A stretch of DNA of 64,000 nt from Takakia lepidozioides (lineage: Eukaryota > Plantae > Bryophyta), in NCBI GenBank assembly GCA_030704615.1, contig CM060733.1, positions 62,062,001 through 62,126,000 on the forward strand, in the 5' to 3' direction. A program made the position numbers and the translations under genes. How positions within the stretch are numbered: position 1 is the first letter of the stretch; every line of letters starts with the position of its first letter. Below the pieces are notes generated by a model. That model saw only the letters and a program-made list of their open reading frames with translations, was not told where the DNA came from and did not search any database. Below, piece by piece: positions 1 through 12,559 of the stretch.

Positions 1-1103
1 GCTTTTCAAATTAAGCACCTGCAGTTGTGTACCAGTGGCGTTACACTGTACCAAAATTTGCAGAGTTAAAACCATGAAAACCTTTCTCCCGTCTCTGCTC
101 CGTCAAGCCAGGTGCAAGGTCTACAAGTCATACGGCTCCAGCAGTACTGTTACTGAACATCAAGCATTCACATTACAAAATTTCCGTTTCGTACAAACAG
201 ACACTAAGTTCCCTCTCTCTGTCTCTCTCTCTTTCTCTGTAGCTCTGGATTTAATCCCACTGGTGGTGAAATAATCCAGCTCTGTCTTGCCTATAAATTC
301 TCCTTCAAATTATTGTCTCGCTGTACCGATCGGAAACGGACGACCTCCTCCAATTAGGTCTCTCATGGATTTTCATGAAAGCGCTCACACAACACCTGAC
401 ATTCCAATTCCAAACAATAAATTATGCGGTTTAAATCGTGTAAGTGAATCAGAGTGCAACTACGAGTTCAGCCTTGTCGGGAGCTGCATTGCATGCTTAC
501 AGCGAATTATCAATCACTTATCCCGACAAAATGGCAGGATTGAAAGACAGAACAGAACCTGGAATGACGAAGTCTGGAGTACAGAGGCTGCTGAAACCGA
601 GAAACCATTGCAACATGAGACAGCGAGCATTTTGCTGTGCATCAGGCCGCCCTCTCTACGCCCCGTGGCTCTTCTCGCATATGTTTCCCGACATCGACTC
701 TACTCTCCTCCCCAATGCTTTTTTTCCTTCCTGACTATCGACGGTCACGATCCTGCCACTCTCATACCTGCCCGTCAGATTTTGTGTTGTTCCCCATGCT
801 CCCATGTTCTCAAAGCACTGGACCGGCGTTCCTTCGCTCAAAAGATTATTAAAAATTAAAAGATAGAAGGATGCCAGACCACTTCTAGACTTAAGTTGAA
901 GAACGAGTGGCATATAGCAATAAAAGATTTAATAGTTTATTTTTATATTTTAATCATTTTTTTAGTTATTTTTAGTATTCATCTTTTTAGTCATAACCTA
1001 AACTGCCCCCAGCCAGCCAGCCCCTGAGCTCAACACCTACTCATTCCCAAGCCAAGCGGAAGTGCACTCGCTTCCATCGCTGGCTACTCTCAGTAACTAA
1101 TAG

Positions 1104-3771
1104 TTGCAGACAACTCATCGGCGAACTATGTCTCTGCCAAGGAATATGCAATTCAGCTCGAGAGGCCAGAGCTCAGCTCGAAGCATGGGATACCGAACAG
1201 GGCCCACCAGTCCTCACTCCTGGCCAAGGACCCGCCCAACTTCCGGTACAAGATACTTTCTTGCACACCAAACTCAATCCATGGGGGGGATAGGAGAGAG
1301 AAGGGGGCAGTTGAATACAAGCTCAGAGACCACGAATCCTCATCCGCCCACATTTGCACACTCGATGCAGGGCCCACCACCACCTCCAACTCATGCCCTT
1401 CAGCTTGCACTGGAATCTCAGCCGATGTTCACACCTGTAAGACAACAGATGGAGGCAACTCAGATTCAAAATCAGATGGAAGGCGACCTGGTGGGGGAAG
1501 ACCTCATTACCACGCAGGAAGGCCTCAGTGGGGACCACCAGATTATACTGGTGGACATGCCAGACCTCAAAAGCAGGGTATCATGCATGGAAGACAGCGG
1601 AATCCTCGTCCACTTCCCTGGTAAGAAAGTGGGTAGATCATTTGTGAGGGACTGGGCAATCAAGCACTTGGGAGGGGGGGGTGAGCTCTTGCATCATTTC
1701 TGCCACGCCAAAGGCAGAGGCTTCTTTTCCATGCAATTTGAGACTCGAGAGGCAGCGGCAAAAGCCCTCCAGATCAACCCACACTTGCTGGGGTTTAACA
1801 TAAATATCTTTCCATGGTTAGCAAAGTGGGGACACAAAAACGGTAAGTTGTGGGGTCCAAGAATAGTATCACTTCCGTATATTCCAGACCAGTATCTTCT
1901 CAACATCCCTGACATTGCCAACCACTTTGGATCCTTTCTGGGTTGCCTGGGAGTGTTTGATCCACTCATGAACACTGACAGCATTAGAAAATACCCGGCA
2001 TGGAAACATGCCACAATAGCATCAAGACCAAATGATAATGGATTCGCAAAAATGGTGCTTATGATGCCGGAGGAAGACACAATCCCGGACTATGTAAGGC
2101 TCCCCATCGATGAGGAAAATAATTACTTTACAATCAGACTGTTGGAGGAGAAGACCTCGGCAGCGTGTTTCAACTGTGGAAAAACAGGCCATATCAAAGC
2201 TGACTGTCCCTCAGGGAAAAGGAAAAGATCCCTAGGATCAGGAGGTAAGTCAGGCCCACTACCGCCAGTCAACCAGCAATGGAGGAAAAAAGACGCCCTC
2301 CCCCAAGCTGGGCAAAAGGAGGCACACGGAAAGATAGCCCAGAACACAGACCTGCTGCAGATCAGTCCAACGCCAAGGGAACCAAGGACACATGGACAGC
2401 ACTCAGATCCCATGTATCTCGAAGCTGGGAAGATGCTCCCACCAGCACACAAAGGGAAAGGAAAATGCAGTGAGCGAGGAAGGGAAAGGCAACCCAAATC
2501 CCAGAAGGCTGGCCTGAAACCGGAATTGGATCCAAGAGGCATTTACAAAAGCATGCAGTCAGGCATAGCCAGCAACCCCATCTTGGCCAGATTGTGCCTC
2601 ACAAGACTCGACACATACCCCAAACTGATCCTATGGGGATGTTCACAATTGGACTCGAACAATATCCCCAGGGCATCTTGTGTCACTCCCTTGATCTTCA
2701 GGAAAGGTAAGCCTCCGTCCATTCTTATCTCCTATGGAAACATAGAATGTCTGGAATCACTATGGATTACCACAGCTGATGTCAAGGCCTTCATTGCCAC
2801 ATGCCCGCCAAACAGTGACCCACACCCTATGATAAAGGCAAAAATACTTGAGTTCTTCAAAACCCACCTCAAGCACTACCTCATCACTATATTTTCCATG
2901 ATCACCTGGGGGGCATACAAGGAAGTTCACCCTTGCCCCTCCAGGGGCGCTATGGATTAATGAGTCGGCACTTATCAGGGTTTGGGGGCAGGGCGGTTTC
3001 AAGATCAAGACAAGAGATGCACTGTGCAGCACCTTCACCTTACTCTCAATGAGGCAAGACGTGGAGATGGAAGAGGAGAACCACCGAATGGAGCTGCAGA
3101 GAACCAGGGAGCAAGTGGGAGGAGCAAGACTGCCCACAGCCTCTTCTTCATCAGTCGACTCAGTATCAGGGGGAGCAGGAATGGCCTCATCACCAGCCCC
3201 CTTACATCTGGAGATCCAGTCCAAAGGTAAGGGAGAAGCCTCTCCACCACCTGCAACTCAATCGCAGGAACCCATCCAAACCCAGGTGCAGCCTCTCACC
3301 CTTCCCTATTTCATTTATCAGCCAATTGTAAATGATGCGAAGAGATGTTGGTTGCTTTGTAGGAAGCCTGGACTACGTCATAAGCCGACACATAGACAAT
3401 CTCTACCTGCCATCCACATCCCCCCAACACAACCAGGGGAGTCAGAACATCCCCTGGCCAATATCAGACATATCGTCCACCAAGCCTTGTACCGGGGATC
3501 GCTACATGAAAGAGTTATCCTCTCATGCATCACAACCAACATCCCCAACAAAGACCAGTTTCAGATGCACCCCAACCCAGTGCAAGAGGACTCACCGGGG
3601 CTACCTCTGGTGGCCATGATCAAAATCAAAAGGCTAAGCCCAAAGCCCCCTGAAAACTTCATGTGGGTTAAATCATTGTTGCCATACAACAAAAGAGTTA
3701 GATTCTACGTTCACAGGCCATCATTTGGGTCCCTTGACCACAGCCTGCCAACACTGCCAGATGCAGATTAA
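1104..3771 (+). pseudogene. L1 LINE ORF1 (gag-like; RRM/DUF4283-like region plus CCHC zinc knuckle), long, with a probable frameshift near 2910 joining ORFs 1104-2960 and 3049-3771
   Basis: Contains GRGFFSMQF...INIFPW and CFNCGKTGHIKADCP. The frame of ORF 3049 is open back to ~2941, next to a G7 run. Its stop overlaps the ORF2 ATG at 3761. Confidence 0.75.
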
Positions 3772-6700
3772 CCTTACGTCTTGGAACGTAAGGGGATTGG
3801 GCTTGGACCCTTCCTCCCTCAAAAGAGTAAGGCTATCCTCATACCTTAGCCCCTTAGTCAACCAGACAACCATAGTCTTCATTCAAGAGCACAAACAGAA
3901 TCAGGCCAAAATAGACAGTCTTACAGATCACCTATGGCCAAAGAATTTATCCGTGTGGAAACCCACCTCGGAGGGGACTCGAGGAGGAACAACAATGCTT
4001 TTCTCGCCAGCCACTCATACACTCATCCTCTTGGAAGAATCTTGGATACCAGGTAGAGCCCAGTTTTGTTCCTTAGCCCTACCAAACAACCTTGGCACAC
4101 TGGGATTAGTAAACATTTATGCCCCAAATTGTACCCAAGAAAGAATAGCTTTATGGTCGGAACTGAACACCAACATGATGGCCCAACAGGGCATCCACCA
4201 ATGGATCATTGCTGGGGACTTCAATATGGTGGAGCAAGCCACAGATAGAAGAGGCCTAGGATTGGCGGGACAGCTCTCAGAGGATGTGGATACATGGCAG
4301 CAACTTGTCCAAAACCATAACCTGGTAGAGACTGACTGGATCCATCAGCAGACAGATAGGGCCAATCAGCCATTCTTCACATGGACAAATGGTTGAGATT
4401 TATCTCACCTAAACATGGCAAGACTGGATAGGATATATGCCTCAGTAAATATCATTCAGTGGTCAGCCCAAAATAACCAAGAGCCATTCCAGTGGGCTTT
4501 GACCATGCGCAGGTCTCAGCCACAATATCCATCCCAAACTCTCAAGCTAGGGGGAGAGGAATCTATAGGCTGAACGCCTCCCTCCTCTCCATCCCAGCCT
4601 TCAAACATGGATTAGCGATAGCTTGGGCTCAAGCGGGGAATGGCTCTAACAACCCAGTCGACAGATTCCTTCTCAAGTTGAACGCAGCAGCAGCAGCCAG
4701 CAAAAAGCTTAGCAAACAAATCACAGAAGCCAGAAAAAGGAAGTTCCAAGCCTTGACGAAATGCCTTAAGGTTTGCCAAACCAGAATGGAATCCCCTAGA
4801 TGTGACGAGCCTACTTACCAAACGTATCTGGAGGCAAAGAAGAATATGGAACTCTTCCAATCACTCAAGGAAGAAAAGTTTAGGCTCCAGGCTGGTATAA
4901 ACTGGTCAACAAAGGGGGAGAAGATGACCGAATATTTTTTTGATAAAGCCAGGCAGAAAAGAGTGGCCCACTCAATCGCGGAACTCAAGGAGCCTATCTC
5001 CGGCCACTCAGCAAAAACTCCCAAGGAGCTGGCGGCATTGGCTGCCAGCCACTTCAGGAGCCAATTTCACAGCGATTCGAGCTTCCAACCCCTAACCCCA
5101 GAGCAGATCCAAACTGGCTTCATTAAGGGCAGATATATACTAGATAACTTGCTGTTAGCCCAGGAAATACCAGTCTTTGCAAAAAAAAACCAACCAGGCT
5201 ATTGCAATGCTCCTTCTTGACTTTGAAAAGGCTTTCGATAGAGTAGAGTGGTCCTTCCTACTGGAGGCACTCCACAGGGTGGGAATTTCCCAGGAGTTCT
5301 GCTCAAGGGTTTAAACACTATTGATGGGTTCGTCCAGCAGGGCTCTCCTCAACGGGCATCTATCCAAGTCATTTCCACTACTCCGGTCGGTACGCCAGGG
5401 GTTCCCCCTGTCCCCCTTCCTCTTCATAATAGCAGCAGACACACTGGGCCATATGATGGAGGCAAGCCACCACATCACCGGTCTTCATATAACAAATCAC
5501 TTCACTAGACAGCCGCAACAAATTAAAGAATCCATGTTCGTAGACGATACGTTCCTAGCTTTACAGGCCACACACTCCAATCTAGATAATGCCAGTAGCT
5601 TACTGCAACCATTCTGTCAGGCCTCTGGATTCAAGGTTAACTGGGGCAAAACATGTGCCCTTCTGGTGGGAGAAACCTCGGCCTCAACTCTGGGAGTTGA
5701 CCCAATTTGGGGACAAGATAAAGGTCTTAGATGGCTGAAACCAGGGCAATCAACAACCTTGTTAGGTTATACATATGGCATAGATCTATCGGATCAACAG
5801 ATTTTTGAGGCAACGCAAGCCAAATTTAAAACCAAGCTGGCTCATTGGGGCAGCTACCATTTGTCTTTAACTGGTAGGGTACTGGTAGCCAATCAGGTCC
5901 TATTAGCTGGCCAATGGTATTTCGCCTCGGAATGGAGGCCCAACGAAATGCAAGTGAATGAAATGAAAAAGCTACTGCGCAACTTTGTCTGGGGGGCAAA
6001 GCACCCCTCGGAGAAAAAAAGGCCACAGGTGTCGTGGAAGCAGATATGCCTACCAAAGAAGAAAGGGGGACTGGGCATCATAGACCCACAAACTCAGTTT
6101 ACTGCACTTCTAGCGAAATGGATCCCCAGATTTATGGGACTAGAAGGAGGGGCATGGAAACACCTGGTATGCGACAACATTGCCTTGGCCTCTCCGCTGA
6201 AGATGGTTATCTGGAACCCTTCTTACAGATGGATGGTAAATGGCTTCAAACATAAACAAGTCGGATCCCCCCTGTGGACGGCAATCTGGTAGGCGTGGGC
6301 CAAGCTCAGGCCCTATCTTACAAAATCAGACCGGGAATCATACGAAGAAACCCTCCGCCAATCCCTGTTTCTCAATACCAATATCCCATATACAGATCAC
6401 AAAAATCAGGCTCGCAAATGGTCTGCCTGGGAGGTAAATGGAATTCACAAGGTCAAACACATCTGGTCGAATGCCAGCTTCCGGTCAAAAGATCAAATTG
6501 CAGCCTCCGTAGGTGCAGCCAGAGCCACCAAGTCATACGATATCGTTCTCCGATCAGTGTCAGCACTGTGGCTACCTAACCTTATCAAATGCCCAGTAAT
6601 GCCCAATGATACTTTCTGGACGCTGGGAATAATCAACAGCACTATTACCATTCTGTTTGTCACCGAAAAAACCGATTACCAATTCTCCGGATATCACTTT

Positions 6701-7716
6701 CACTGCGAAGTGAACTCCATGAGGCTTACCCTTCAAAACCGTCAACCCCTACCCACCCCTCGTTTCACCCACACCCCCATAAGGGTCTGCTGGTGGTCAT
6801 CCCCAGCTAAGGAGATGAACCCTTTTTCACCACTCACCACTTCCTTGATAAGTTGGCTGGCCAGTCAAACATTTGTTTGGATTGGTGGGAGATCCCTACA
6901 TGATCTGGACATGGATCCCAAAGAGTGGCATTGGAATTTCAGGCCATCCCCCAAGCCATGCTTTGAGTACACAACCAAAAAAACATACTTGGCAATGTTG
7001 AACCCCCAACCCCTATTGGGTAAATGGAACGAGAGATGGAGTCACCTGAACTTCCAGATTGAAAACTGGAACTCCATCTGGGGGACGATCTGGAACAAAA
7101 CAAGACCAGCCAAGGTAGCAGCGTTGCTCTGGCAAATAGCAAACAGGGAAAAGTGGGGGAATGGTTAGGATTTGATGCTGCCCTCCTCTGCAAATGCTAT
7201 TCGGCTGCCCTAATGGAAATAGTAGAGCAATGCCTGCTCCACTGTCACGGACCGGCAGCAGTCTGGCCCCTCGTCGCAAGCTTCTACAGAACCTTGGGGC
7301 ACATAAACCTCACCCCGGCGGCCATTCTGCTGAATTATGACCCAGCAACAAAAACAAAAACCAATCACTGCCCAGTTTTCGATACTCTTAGAAGCGCTAC
7401 GCTCTGGCACCTCTGGAAAATAAGATGCGAAAAAACTTTCAATGCAAAAACAACTAGAACTTCCTCACTCTTCGCAAAAATCTACATGGACATGCAAATT
7501 GAAGCCAGGAAAGCGTGGAAAAAACTATGTACAGATATCGAGAGAGCACGATCGGACCAACAAGCTACCCAGCTACACTCTACCTTCATTGCGACCTGGG
7601 GGCGGAATGGGATTATCTGCAACAGCCCCAACCCGGATCGCTGCGACTGGAACAAACTGCCCCCAAGGGCTTGGAGAGACGCCACGGGTACTGTCCACAG
7701 CCTCGCCGGAGTTTGA
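3761..7716 (+). pseudogene. L1 LINE ORF2 (APE endonuclease, reverse transcriptase, C-terminal Cys motif), disrupted
   Basis: APE motifs SWNVRGL, FIQEHK, NIYAPN, IAGDFN, FTWTN, RLDRIY. RT motifs QTGFIKGR, LDFEKAFDRVEW, VRQGFPLSPFLF, FVDD. Several stops and frameshifts, plus an internal deletion near 5090. Confidence 0.92.
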
Positions 7717-9321
7717 CAGGGATATCAACTGGAAGCACGTTAAGCAATCATCAAAGGCCTCCAGGCTCAGCTTCCGCTAAGTCCGTCGGGCAAGCAATCC
7801 GCTGAAGCAGGCCTAACCGTAGCTAGTTTTTTTTATTCTAGCAGCTATGGTTTTGAGGAACATACATTATCGAATCCGGTGGGATCGCCACCACTTAGCA
7901 ACATTACGCAAAAAGGCCTCAGGCCGGACAGTTCATTATTATTCATCATGAGTGGTTAGGCTCCGATTCACTGACTACGGTGCGTGTGCCTTATGGCGAA
8001 ATCAGAGGGTTTAATTTTTTCCCTCCCAATAACCATCTATGTAAGGGCCTCTCCCACCAAAAATATTTCAGAATAAAGTTAACCAGGGCTCCAACCCTGT
8101 TAACCAATATATATATATTACTGCACGAATTAAATGGCTCTCATTGTCTAGATTCTGAATTTTTTCTAAGTCCTAGTTCTTTAATGGCGGCGGACCTTCT
8201 AGCGGACTGGCCAAACCCTCAACAGACTGACTCCAACTGGCGAGCAGACTAACTAGCAGACTGGCGAGTGGCGAACGGACTGACTCAATCCGGCGGACTG
8301 GCGATCGGACTGACCAACAACGGACTCCAACTGGCGAGCGCCTAATTCCAACCTTCAGACCCTCCTCAAACAAAATATATTTTTATAATTAACACACATT
8401 ACCGCCACAATGTCACCTGCCAAGATTTGAACAGCAGACCTCACTTCATCACAAGTTGCTCTTTACCATCACACTAGCCGTTGCTTTCTCAAATCTTTGA
8501 AATAATTAATTATTTATCTACATATTTCAGGTGTTTTGTGGGCCCAACAGACTCGCTCCCCTTGCGCGCCCCGGGGGCGGCTCACCCGAGCAGACTGGCC
8601 CCGCCGGGTAGGGGTCGCCCCACCCTGCGCGTTCCCTATGCCACCCACGGGCCCCGCCGCAACCACACGTGCCCCATTCAAGTCCCAATTATCAAACAAT
8701 GAGAAACGAATTAAATCAACACATTTTTACTATCAAAAATAATAAAACAATATTCCAAATTTAACTTTTATACAACCAGTCACTTGTAACTACAAAATGA
8801 TCTTAAACATGTAACAATCAAGTATATATATATATATTCAAATATCTATCACACAACATTCAGTCTCACTTTCATTTTCTAAACATCTAAAGTTCGGACA
8901 TGTAACAATCTGATTCTAAGTATTTCAATCTATTTTTTTCTTTCTACTATAATTAATTAAGAGAGTCGGACTATAGGCAACATTATCAAAAACTGCGGAA
9001 GATGTACAGATATGTTGAGAGAGGCTAAGCGAGATCATGAGAGACTTGAAAACTCTAAACGAAAAGAATATTTCCTAAAGGGAAATAGAAAAAATATAAA
9101 CTACTATAATAAATGTATCAACTTTGGTCATTATATTTATGAATCACATATACTATTTATTGGTATGTACAGAAAAAATTGGTAGGTTGTCATCATTTAT
9201 TATAATTAAAACAAAACTTTATTTTCGATAAAAGTTCATACATCCATTTGTAATGCACTGACATCCTTTTTTGAAATAAACCTTTACGTGTTAGTACGTA
9301 TGTTAAAAATAGAAAATAGTA

Positions 9322-9800
9322 AGATATTATTTATAACTGCCCTAAAAACTCCTTAGATTGCCCTAAGGAGTCCTAAGGGGGGGAAAATGGAGATATGTAA
9401 ATTATTATTTATAATTGCCCTTAGGACTGCTTAGGGCGGCCCTAAGGAGTACTAAGAAGGGGGAAATGAAAACATATATATTATTATTTATAATTACCCT
9501 TAGGACTTTTTAGGACAGTCATAAGGACTCCTAAGAGGAAAAAAAATGGAAAGACATAAATATTTGCCCTTAAGACCCGTTTAGGCAGTCTAAGGGGTTA
9601 TAAGAGGGGGAGAATAGAAACATATAAATTATTATCTATAATTGCCCTTAGGACTCCATAGGGCCACCCTAAGGAGTCCTAAGAGGGGGAAAATAAAAAT
9701 ATATAAATTATAGGAAAATAAATAATATTATTTATAATTACCCTTAGGACTTCTTAGGATAGTCCCAAGGAGTCCTAAGAGGAGAAAAATGGAAAGACAT
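9322..9800. repeat. AT-rich minisatellite, about 6 copies of a ~78-bp unit with internal inverted CCTTAGGACT/AGTCCTAAG motifs
   Basis: Repeated ttattatttataattgcccttaggact...cctaaggagtcctaagaggggg-aaaat units. Confidence 0.85.
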
Positions 9801-10237
9801 GTTGCTGGTTGTGTGGGGAAAGGAAGGGGTAGGGGGAAGGGGGCACAAGGGCAGGTAGGTGGGCAGAATCCTGGACATATTCTCTTCGATTTGATAAAAA
9901 TCTGGTGCGGCTGCATGTCGCGTCCAACTGAAGTGTAGGAGACTTATATGCACATAGATTAAAGTATCAAAAAATAAGAGTCACAAAATACATACGTCGG
10001 GCTGCATAGGTCCATCGTGCAATGGAATATAATCATGCTGGTTGACAACAGCATCTGCAAATGCATTAGTATGATCGACATTAAGATCAAACAGGCCATT
10101 GCTCTCTGTTCATGATGGACTAAAATATCGATCTGCAGATGTCGTTTGTCAATGAGGACCAAAATAAAAAAATATTCGTTTCATCTCTTCGATTCTTGTA
10201 TCCTTTGGAAATACCATAGACCGGCAGACTCATACTA

Positions 10238-11900
10238 CAAGTGTGGATGAAGCAACTTCAGAACTCGGCTTGATGCTTGCACAAATTACCCTTCATTGCC
10301 CATGGGCAAGTGTAAGAAGCCCAATTGTATCCGGGGTTGTAAACAATGTAAGTTGTGTTTGGGTGATCGATGCTTAGAACATAGGCTCCAGGATGCAACG
10401 GAAGAGTAACATTGCAAGTTGGGATGTCGCGTGCTGCAAGCACAGAACTGGATATGTACTTTTCCTGTTTGTCATTCCTTATGAATCCGTGCGTCTTCAG
10501 GTGAATTGCGTACCAGTAGTGTGGTAGCATACGGCGAGTGAGTTCATGATATCAGCCAATCGACTCTACGACCAGTCATTTTGCCTTTCCCCATCCTCAA
10601 CTTGCCTTCAAGTTTCCATGGTATGCCTCAATGCTTGAATGTTGGCGCCAACTTCTCCTCTTGATAGAAAAAGACCGACGCGGGGTTCTGGTCTTTCCAC
10701 ATGCGGACACTTTCCGCATTGTTGGCGTGTTCTTTGAATGTTTGTCACGCCCATTTCTCGGCTAGGTTGCGGACATCTTGCTCCAACACATCCCATGTCC
10801 ATGCATCTCCCAACCCGGTGTTGTTCATCACGTGCTCTTTATGTTCCATCATGATTTGGGCGACTGACAGGCCTCAGCACAAACATTCGACGACCCAGGC
10901 TTTCAATTCCTCGCTAATGTGCGGTGCATAGGCGTGGCGGGTGTTCCTGAACTCAGCCGACTTCTCATGCGAGGCTTTCCTTTTCGCGTCTGTATGCTCC
11001 ATGTTGTTGTAATACTCGAGGACACAAATGTAGGAGGCCAGATAGCATTGTTGGACCTTGAAACAACATTGGCAACCACGCTTGTAAGACTCTCCATACT
11101 CTAACTGAACTTTCTCCTTGGGCCTTTATGAGGGTGAGATGTTCCAGCACCCACAAGAGGTCCTCCACGCTTTTGTAATGAGTCCGTCTTCCACATGCTG
11201 GTGGAACATTTATAGAATCTTCACTTGGTATGCGCACATGTTGTATTTTTAAGCTGGCCCTAGCCATAATAAAATACGCAATTGGAATGTTGTTGAGCCA
11301 CTCATCGAACACGATCATGGTGTAGAGGAGATATGCATGAACATCCATTTGCTACATGAGATATACATGTTGATTTGAACATGCACATGAGCCAACATTT
11401 GGAAATAAGAAAAATAGTGCATGTTGAGGAGCTATCGTTTGTGGCTATCAATTGTGTCCATAAAACAAACTTACTTCCTTTTATTTGTCCCAAAAGGTGC
11501 GTCACAAGCTACGATTCGCTCATGATCATGCTTGACCATTTGTTCCTTTTGCTAGATAGTCTGTATGCCGAGAACAAAAGACAGACTTTCTGTCATTTGA
11601 TGTTCAAGTAGGGGTGATTTGTTTTCTTCCTGGCAAAACACTATGTTGGTTCTTATGAACCCACATTCGGACACTATATGCATCAATTGAGTGTTTTCGT
11701 CATCACACTTGTTGGCAGCAGTCTTGATGTATCTACAGAGGGGGAAGGTGTCACGATTTACCTGTCATGAAGGCTACTTCTTCTTCACTACCTATTGTTG
11801 ATACTCGCATATAATGTGCCCACCTTCCATGGCCACTTCCATACTCTGAAGTAGATTCTCTCTCTGATACCAAAGATATTCCTGGTACTAAAGACTAGGG
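10238..11900 (-). pseudogene. Degenerate SWIM/MULE-transposase-related gene, copy A (truncated, lacks ~770 bp present in copy B)
   Basis: SWIM-like YTCPWAMKGNLCKHQ and DDE-region IVFDEWLNNIPIAYFI. Near-identical to 36979-39400. Confidence 0.7.
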
Positions 11901-12559
11901 CAGCTGCAAATAGGGATAGAGTATGCATGGCCACATAATCCAACAGGTCTTGTCCACATGGAAACAGGTTGAAGGGGGGATATCAACTTGTCAACCTTTA
12001 GGAAGATGGGTGAGCTGATTTGGTAAATCTTCGAAATAGTTGCATTAGTATGTATAATTCGCACACCGCCACATACCTTCAAGGCACCTACACATTGAGG
12101 CAATAATCTGTTCCATTTTTTGAAATGGCTTCAACTGCAATTTTTTAGATGACTTCACCATAGTGCCCAGAGAAGTTCCAGCACACAGTTCGCCGAGTCA
12201 TGTCTGTCATGTGTTCCCTGGTTGGCATAAGCAGCTGCTGCAGGCACCGACTTGAGTGTCATGTGGGGAGGCCAAGCTTGCACCTGACCCCATTTTGAAA
12301 AAAATAATCTGACTGCTCCGTCCACTAGACCTCCACTTTTGTTTGTTAGTAGACATGTCGTCAACTCGACTAGTGTCCAAGAGCTCATGTTCACCTGAAG
12401 CTGGATGCTTCAATTAACTTCAGGAATAGTTCTCTTGCTGAGTATATGCCTCAGCTGCACTGAACCTCTCTAAAAACAAAAATGCCAAATTGTTGACATG
12501 GCTCTCATGTCTCTTTCAGTCACAATGGGTAAATCCCCAAGCCTTCTGTCTCTCAACTT

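Larger units (their letters stand above)
1000..7840 (+). mobile_element. Decayed L1-clade non-LTR retrotransposon (ends approximate)
   Basis: ORF1 + ORF2 organisation; no TSD identified. Confidence 0.85.

Noticed and set aside
35-913. ORFs at the window start
   Set aside because: No recognisable motifs; the region contains a CT microsatellite and looks like UTR, intron or promoter sequence.
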